DNA of 64,000 nucleotides from Lingula anatina (lineage: Eukaryota; Animalia; Brachiopoda), in assembly GCA_051362555.1 (NCBI GenBank), contig CM120640.1:18600001-18664000 (forward strand). Reading direction: 5' to 3'. The notes beneath the pieces are model-generated. The model was not told the origin of the DNA, searched no databases, and saw only the letters and a list, made by a program, of their open reading frames with translations. Below, piece by piece: positions 57,279-64,000 of this stretch. Numbering within the stretch: the stretch's first letter is position 1; every line of letters starts with the position of its first letter. The position numbers were made by a program, and so were the translations under genes.

Positions 57279-58944
57279 TATCAGTTTAAATAATGACCCT
57301 GCAAGAAGCGCTGAAATAGGTCAAGGACACCTTCTCAACTACTGCATTTTGTTTCAATATGCGCTAAGTTGCTTCAATCGGTAGGCCCTTTGACTCAGAT
57401 ACTCATATGTATTTTCTGTGTATCCATGTATTTTAATAGATGCCAAAATGCCAAACACCAAAATTGTCATTTGAATTCCAAATTACAAATCTGAGAGAGG
57501 TACTAAATTTTGAAAATTTTGCTCTGAGAAAGCTATAATTTTGATGATAATATTTTCAATGTGGAAGCAGTGATTAACACAACTGCAAAGGCTATTGGGG
57601 GAGTTAAACAATAAAACCATTGTCATGCCCCCACCCTTATTTTTTAATTACTCCATTGCGTTTGTTTCTCATGATTGATTCATGTTATTTAAAATTTTTT
57701 AAAATAAATATTTGCTGAACAAGCTATCAACTATTTTTCAAACCTGTTAGTCACCTATAGCTATGTAATTTGACAGACGTTTTTATTTTAACAAGGGCAT
57801 TACAAATTTCTTAAGATTTTCCTACTTGAATCTTACTTACTGTCCCATTAAAGTAGGCCTAAATAGGCTACTGTACAACGAGGAATTGAGAGCGAACATA
57901 GATTCTAAAACAAAAGACAAAATTTAGTATAATGTTGTATTTTCATTGTGGGAGTTGGTTATGCGGGTTAGATTTACCTAAAAGTTGTGTGTTTATTTTA
58001 CCAGTAGGCCTACTTTGACAGTGGCATAGAAACCGCACCACTACGGCACCAAGCAGTAGCATTGTTATCTTATATTGGAATATGATTTTCAACTATTCTG
58101 TCCTGTTGTGACAAATGAGTAGACTAAGCACCTATTGAAACATTGCACTAAACATCACGTAACATAGGGCGATTATACAACAATACCGTCGTATGTGAGT
58201 GATAAAACACGCTTGGTTAATGCTACTGTATACTTACACAAATAAAACTAACCCCTCCAACCTATAAGGACCTATAAGCAATAGAATAAAATCAATCCCT
58301 TACACCGTCTGATTATGCAGGAGAAGGCAACATTCAAGTAATAAATATCAAAACAAACGATCATAATATGCAATTTTTTGTACATTTATGCAAGAATCAA
58401 TGCATAGGCCTATAGCAATATTAAGGAAAATGATTCGATGAATTAAAAGTTTGTTCCAGTTACTATAAGTGTATTTAAAAGACAGAACAGAGGAAAAGCC
58501 TCTTTAGTCGTTCAAAGCGATGCTGAAATCCAAAACTGAAAAACAGTACATAATGTGGGGCCTATATATACATATTAATGCATAAAAGAGAAAGGCAAGG
58601 AAAGGGGCTACCAGATACGCAGTGTGCCATTTTAAGTAAATGACCGATAGTTCACCACATAATTCGAAAGGAATACCGGGAATACGGGTCGCGTTCTCGA
58701 TATTTGTAAATAGTATCCAACAACATTGAAACTGCATGTACGCAATTTGTATGCCACGTCATAAAATTGTCACTGCATTCGTTTCTTATCTGCAACATTC
58801 AAGATGGTAAAGCGGCTTGTCTATATGTGTAACAATATAGAAGCAACTTCAAAAATCACATTTGTCTCTCCTTCTGATAAACTCTGCACTTTATACCAAA
58901 GCGCTTGTCTATGCGTACCCAGCCGAGGATGCTCTAGCTTATTC

Positions 58945-61900
58945 TCAAAAGTCTGATGCCCAAACTGGTACGACATGATTGCGTTTATTCCGTTTGCCTC
59001 GAGGAAGAAACGTATTTTGGGAGTCGTTCCCAGGGCTGTCTCTGCCTTGGCTTGACGAAAGCGACCAAGCGTCCCTTGCAGTATCTGTCTGATTTAGATC
59101 TCCAATGGTTGGTTCTACACCGCCTGCTGAAGCGATTCTGGGCGTTTCCGTGCTCGCCATGGAGCCCGTATCGTCAGGTGTAGCACTTCTCTCACTGTCT
59201 CCGATTCCCTCGTCCTCATCATTTCTGTAGTTGAAATCGTCCGATATGACAGAGTAGACGCTCATTCTCTGGTTCTCAAAACGCTTTCCTGACCCCGATG
59301 ACGGCGACAAGGTGTCAGTACTGAAACGGACAGACTTGCTTCGCTGGATTGGCTCCAATGGTAGGGCGGGGTCGGTGTTTGCGTTTTCCTCTTTTCTGTT
59401 TTTCTTATACAGCAAAAAGGCGAAGAACACACAGCAGCTGAGCGTCACTAACAGTGCAATTCCAAATATCAGTACGAGCCCGGGTGCGAACCCTCCCATT
59501 CCTTCACCTAAATTATCCAAAAAATCCTTGGTTTTAGTTGGTGCGGGTGTATATACCTCCGAAACATCAGACGTGTACTCAGTACTAGTAGAAGATGTAG
59601 TGCTTGACTGCGGTGCCGCAGTGAACAGAACGACTCCAGCCAGATCTTCGTCAATGGAACCGTCTACGTCGTCGTCGAGGCCATTTTTGAGTTCTTCGTC
59701 AATACGTCCATCACAGTCATTATCAAGCTTGTCTCCCGCCGTGCCAGGTTTCGCTTGACAATAGTCATACAAAGATGCCACTCGCATTCCGGCTGGATGC
59801 CCATACGATTCGTATTTGGTCTGACCATATGACATCGCCGCGAATGTCTTACTGGAATCGACGTGAAACAGATTGTGAGAGCCATGCCCGATCACCTTCG
59901 TTTTGACAGAAAATCCTGTATTTTCTAGATCTACCCAAGGTGTGTCGCTGGAACCATTGTAGAAAGGCTGACCGTCAATGTATAGACCATTTTTGTCAAC
60001 TGTCTTGATGATAACTGCTACATAATTTGTATACGGGTTTGTTATTCCTGCCACTGTGGCGAATGTATACTCGTTGTCATATTGTTCCACAGGCGGCATG
60101 ACAAGCATGAAGGGGTCGCTTTCAGACCGATCTATATTAGCTGGAAAGAAAGAAATGATATTGTTAACAAGGAGCACCCATGAAGATTCTCGTTTCTTTT
60201 TTCGATAAATTAGTGTTCTTTAACGATGATTTTTTCCGTTGAGTTTAATGAAAACAGCCTGTAAACAGTGTGGCGCCTTATATAAATAATCCCACTTAAG
60301 CCACTGTCACTACAAAGATTCCATGCTTTGGTCTCCAATCTAAACAACAAGCCTGCATCGAAAGTATTTAATCTACAACATCTCACTAATAACAGAGTAC
60401 TGATATGTTATTATATTGGTCTTTCTTATCTTTATTGACAAACACTTATCTTTTGCCCTTGAAAAAACAATTACCTGATTTGGAGTACTGTACCAGAAGT
60501 ATGGGTTCGTCGGCCTGGATGACAAGATATTCGTTAGAAGGGATATCTAACTGCAAGAAATCTCCCATATTATTAATCAGGTTGTTCCTCTTTTCAATGA
60601 GGTTTGCGGTGGTTGTTGAAATGTCTCTCTTTTGCCTCAGAGAAGCACCTCTATAAAATGACACGCCCACATTGGTGGTATCTTTGCTTGCTGAAATGAT
60701 AAGGCAAAAATTGAGGGAAATCATTTGAATAAGTTTTTAGTAAATGTATTGCTGGTCCATACCTTGAATGTTAAATAAATTATGTTACGCTTTTTATTGC
60801 TTATCTATTCTTATTTTTATTGTAGCACAGTTAGGCAATTCTTTGGAAGATTTCCAAGTATATAAAACGTGCTTCAATATTACGATATTTTCCTTTGCAA
60901 AAACCAAATTTAATCCGATGAAATTTGGAAATGTAGTCAGTTTAAGGCTAACGATAAATGACACCACACACTAAGTCACACTCAGTGAAACAACTATAAC
61001 AGCAGTTTAAGGATTTTGCCATATCAGTAAGAGTCGGCAGTCTAAGTAATTGAAAAAACTATTTATATACCAATAATTCTGAAAATGTCCCCTTTTTTCC
61101 TGTCCGCTACAGGCACGGTGACATAGTTTTTTCCCCATGCACGTAGAGGTGGAATCATTTCTTCCAGGTGATCGTAGGATTCCTCGTACAGTACTCCATT
61201 TTCTCCCGTAAAGGTGGGCAAAGCTCCAATCTTGGTCCCCGTGTTTCCGGACACTACAGCGATAGGCTTGTTAGATGTGATTTTAGTTCCCGTCAGGTCC
61301 TGTTTGCTGAGTATCTGCACGGTTTGGCTGTTCCAGTCATTAATAGCAAAATCGAAGGAGTTTAATGACATCGTCAAATTGCGGTGGTGTCCATATGTCT
61401 CATTGTTGTATTCCACTACAATAGGATCGTTCGTTCTTTCGGGAAATGAGAAAGTTACTGTCGTATTAGAATCGAATTCTCTTTCCCATGACGAACAGGA
61501 CAGTGCTGCAATACAAAATTGTGTGTTATATACAAACATGGTAAGTTCTGAATTCGAAATGTCAAAAGACAGATTGATTAATATACCAATATATTTCACT
61601 TTTCACATGGCGTTGTATTGTATTAATTACATTTCATTGCTAAGAAATAAAGAGAACATATTTTGTTGTCGCAAAATCCTTAAATATAACCTTCATAATT
61701 ATTCATCACTGCATTAAAAAACGTTACCTATGAAGGAATCATCATAAGATTGTGTCTTGGGCCAGGAAGGGATGATGTACTCAGTGCCAAGAACATCCAC
61801 CGGGAGTGCCAGGTAAGAATCCGTGTACTCTTTGACACGATTTGCCGCCACCACCGCGATGTCTGTGTCGGATTCCACGACGTAACAGCGCTGTGGCTGA

Positions 61901-61980
61901 TAGCCAGTTCCCCGCATGCGACCATCCTCCCCAGGAATATTTATTAGAATTTTCTTGACTTCGTTTTTCTGAATTGTCAC
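58945..61980 (-). CDS. IgGFc-binding (FCGBP N-terminal-type) domain, single-pass membrane protein; 5' partial
   Basis: Exons 61980-61728, 61505-61071, 60690-60475, 60140-58945. Motifs: DSYLALPVDVLGTEY, DLTGTKITSNKPIAVVSG, DHLEEMIPPLRAWGKNY, ADEPILLVQY, SDPFM, ESYGHPAG. These are followed by Asp-rich DNDCDGRIDEE repeats, a Ser/Thr stalk, a TM helix and a cytoplasmic tail. Confidence 0.88.
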
Positions 61981-62035
61981 CTGGTAAGGATAGATTTAAT
62001 TTACAAAACAGAAATAACTTACTTATCAATGTAGG

Positions 62036-64000
62036 GGGCGCCACTGACTGAGCTGCCCGGGCTGTTTGTGGCTCTCCTAAATTTATGATTTTTGTAACTA
62101 GAAGGAGCTATATTGACACTCAATTTTTTTGTACAACACTTTTTAAATGGCTCAGGAATCCACTGATTGCAAAGTTACAGAGGTTTGGACACTGGTTTGG
62201 TGATATTTGGACAGTTGCTGTTTCCTGCACAAGGATTGTAACCAAATCTTTAGCTGTCATAGTGTTCTGTATGCACTGTTACCACAGCTAATACCAGGTA
62301 TTTTACCAAGTAGAATTCTGTTCACCCAAGAAAATGAGCCTTAGGGCATTCACAGGTACAGCTCACAATGCATGGGCCCACACTAGGAACTTCCTAATTG
62401 ACATAAATGCCAGAGGGAAGTACTGTCTGTCAGCTAACACTTGGACCATAATTAAGAAACTAAACATCAACAGACAAGTAAGGGGATCACGTGGTGGAGT
62501 GAACCACAGAAGAACCATAACAACTGTTAAGTCAAAGCCACTCTTCCAACTGACAAAACAAACTGGATCTAATTCTGCAAATTTGATACACATTAAAAGG
62601 ACATCGTCTCTTTCCGAAAAGCTGAAGCTAAAATGTGCTCTATGGAACGCTAGATCCCTTTCGGGAAAAATAGCCAGCTTGTCATCCCACATCTACGAAG
62701 AAAACTTGGACATTTTTCTCCTGACAGAAACTTGGATCAAATCTAATAGAGACCCAATCATCTCAGAGATTACATCAAGTTTACCTGGGTATTCCTTCCA
62801 TCATGAATGTCGGACTGGAAAGAGAGGTGGAGGGGTAGCTATTTTAGCCCATCCTCGTCTCAAAATGGTTAAAAAACAAAAACATTCCATGAAATCAATA
62901 GAATCTTTAGACATTGTTTTTACATCAAAAAGTGAAACACTACAATTTCTTCTCATCTGCCGTCCTCCAAACAACCCGATCTCGGACTTCTTCGGTGAAT
63001 TTGCAACCTTATTGGAAAAAGTCGTCCCAAAACCAGGCCATCTCATAATCGCCGGGGATTTCAATGTTCATGTTGATAATTCTCATTCCCGTGATGCTTC
63101 ACTTCTGAATGAAATTATATTTTCTAGAGATCTTCAACAGCACATCCATTTCCCAACTCACCAAAAAGGGCACACTCTTGACTTATTGATAACTCGCGCA
63201 TCAGATAATCTTCTCTTTTCAACTGACTCAACAGACTACTTGAATTCAGACCATAGTCTTATAGAATTCTGTCTGAATGTGGCTTGTCCTCCTGCGGTTA
63301 AAACTACGACTTCACGTAGAAACCTGAAAGAAATTGACTCTGATGTTCTTAAAGCAAAACTTCAATCTGCCTTTAACTCCTTCCCACCTGATACCAATGC
63401 AATTGGAAACACTACTTCAGAAGATGTGGACAATCTTCTGCATTCATATCACAACACCATAACCAACATTCTCGACGAACTTGCTCCAGTCAATACTCAA
63501 GTAACACGCAGTAAGTCAACAGCGCCATGGTTTTGTAGTGAACTGTCTGAGATGCGAAAATCAGTTAGAAAATGTGAGCGTAAATGGCGCAACACTGGTC
63601 TGGAAGTCCATCGCCAAATTCACAAAGAAAAACGCCTAGAGTACTGTCGCCGTGCTGATCAACTGAAATCTGACTACCACAAAAAACGCATAGACAACTC
63701 GGATACCAAAAGTCTTTTTATGATTGTTGAGGAGTTAACCGGTTTAAAAAAATCAGCAACAACCATTAAACCAACACTGTACTCTGATGAGCAACTTTGT
63801 TCTGTGTTCCTGGAGTTTTTTAATAACAAAATAGAAAAACTTCGAAAATCCTTTGAAAGCGGAATTAACAACTCCATTATACAAGAAGTTGATCCTCCTA
63901 CATCTCCGAGTTTTTTCAGAGATTTTACCATCGCTACTCCCGAACTAATAAAAAAGCTGATAAACGCCTCTAAGCCAAAATCATCAGAATTGGACATCCT
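62036..64000 (+). mobile_element. L2/CR1-clade non-LTR retrotransposon, 5' portion; runs off the window
   Basis: Frame from ATG 62334 appears open to the window end. APE endonuclease motifs LWNARSL, LTETW, RGGGVA, RPP, AGDFNVH, PTHQKGHTLDL, SDH, then a linker APWF...ERKWR and KSSELDI leading towards RT. The 5' boundary is approximate. Confidence 0.9.

Overview
AT-rich, intron-dense invertebrate animal DNA, probably a spiralian/lophotrochozoan (inferred from gene content only). Gene models were assembled by hand from splice sites and reading-frame phase. In order: LRRC28-like (+) with an intronless N6AMT1/HEMK2 nested on the same strand in one of its introns; an uncharacterised 430-aa single-coding-exon gene (-); KATNAL2 (+); CATSPER2 (-), with a U12-type AT-AG intron and a 2.6-kb nested DNA-transposon insertion; a MALT1-type paracaspase (+) head-to-head with CATSPER2; a 3.9-kb compound tandem array of 12 splice-site-flanked cassettes, most carrying a frame-preserved 49-103 aa ORF; a divergent Mpo1/DUF962-like membrane protein (-); TARS1 (+); a TMEM53/DUF829-like gene (-); an IgGFc-binding-domain membrane protein (-, 5' part outside the window); and an L2/CR1-type LINE running off the right end. 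The cassette array at 38.9-42.8 kb is the best candidate for something undescribed. Its expression and function cannot be shown from sequence alone.
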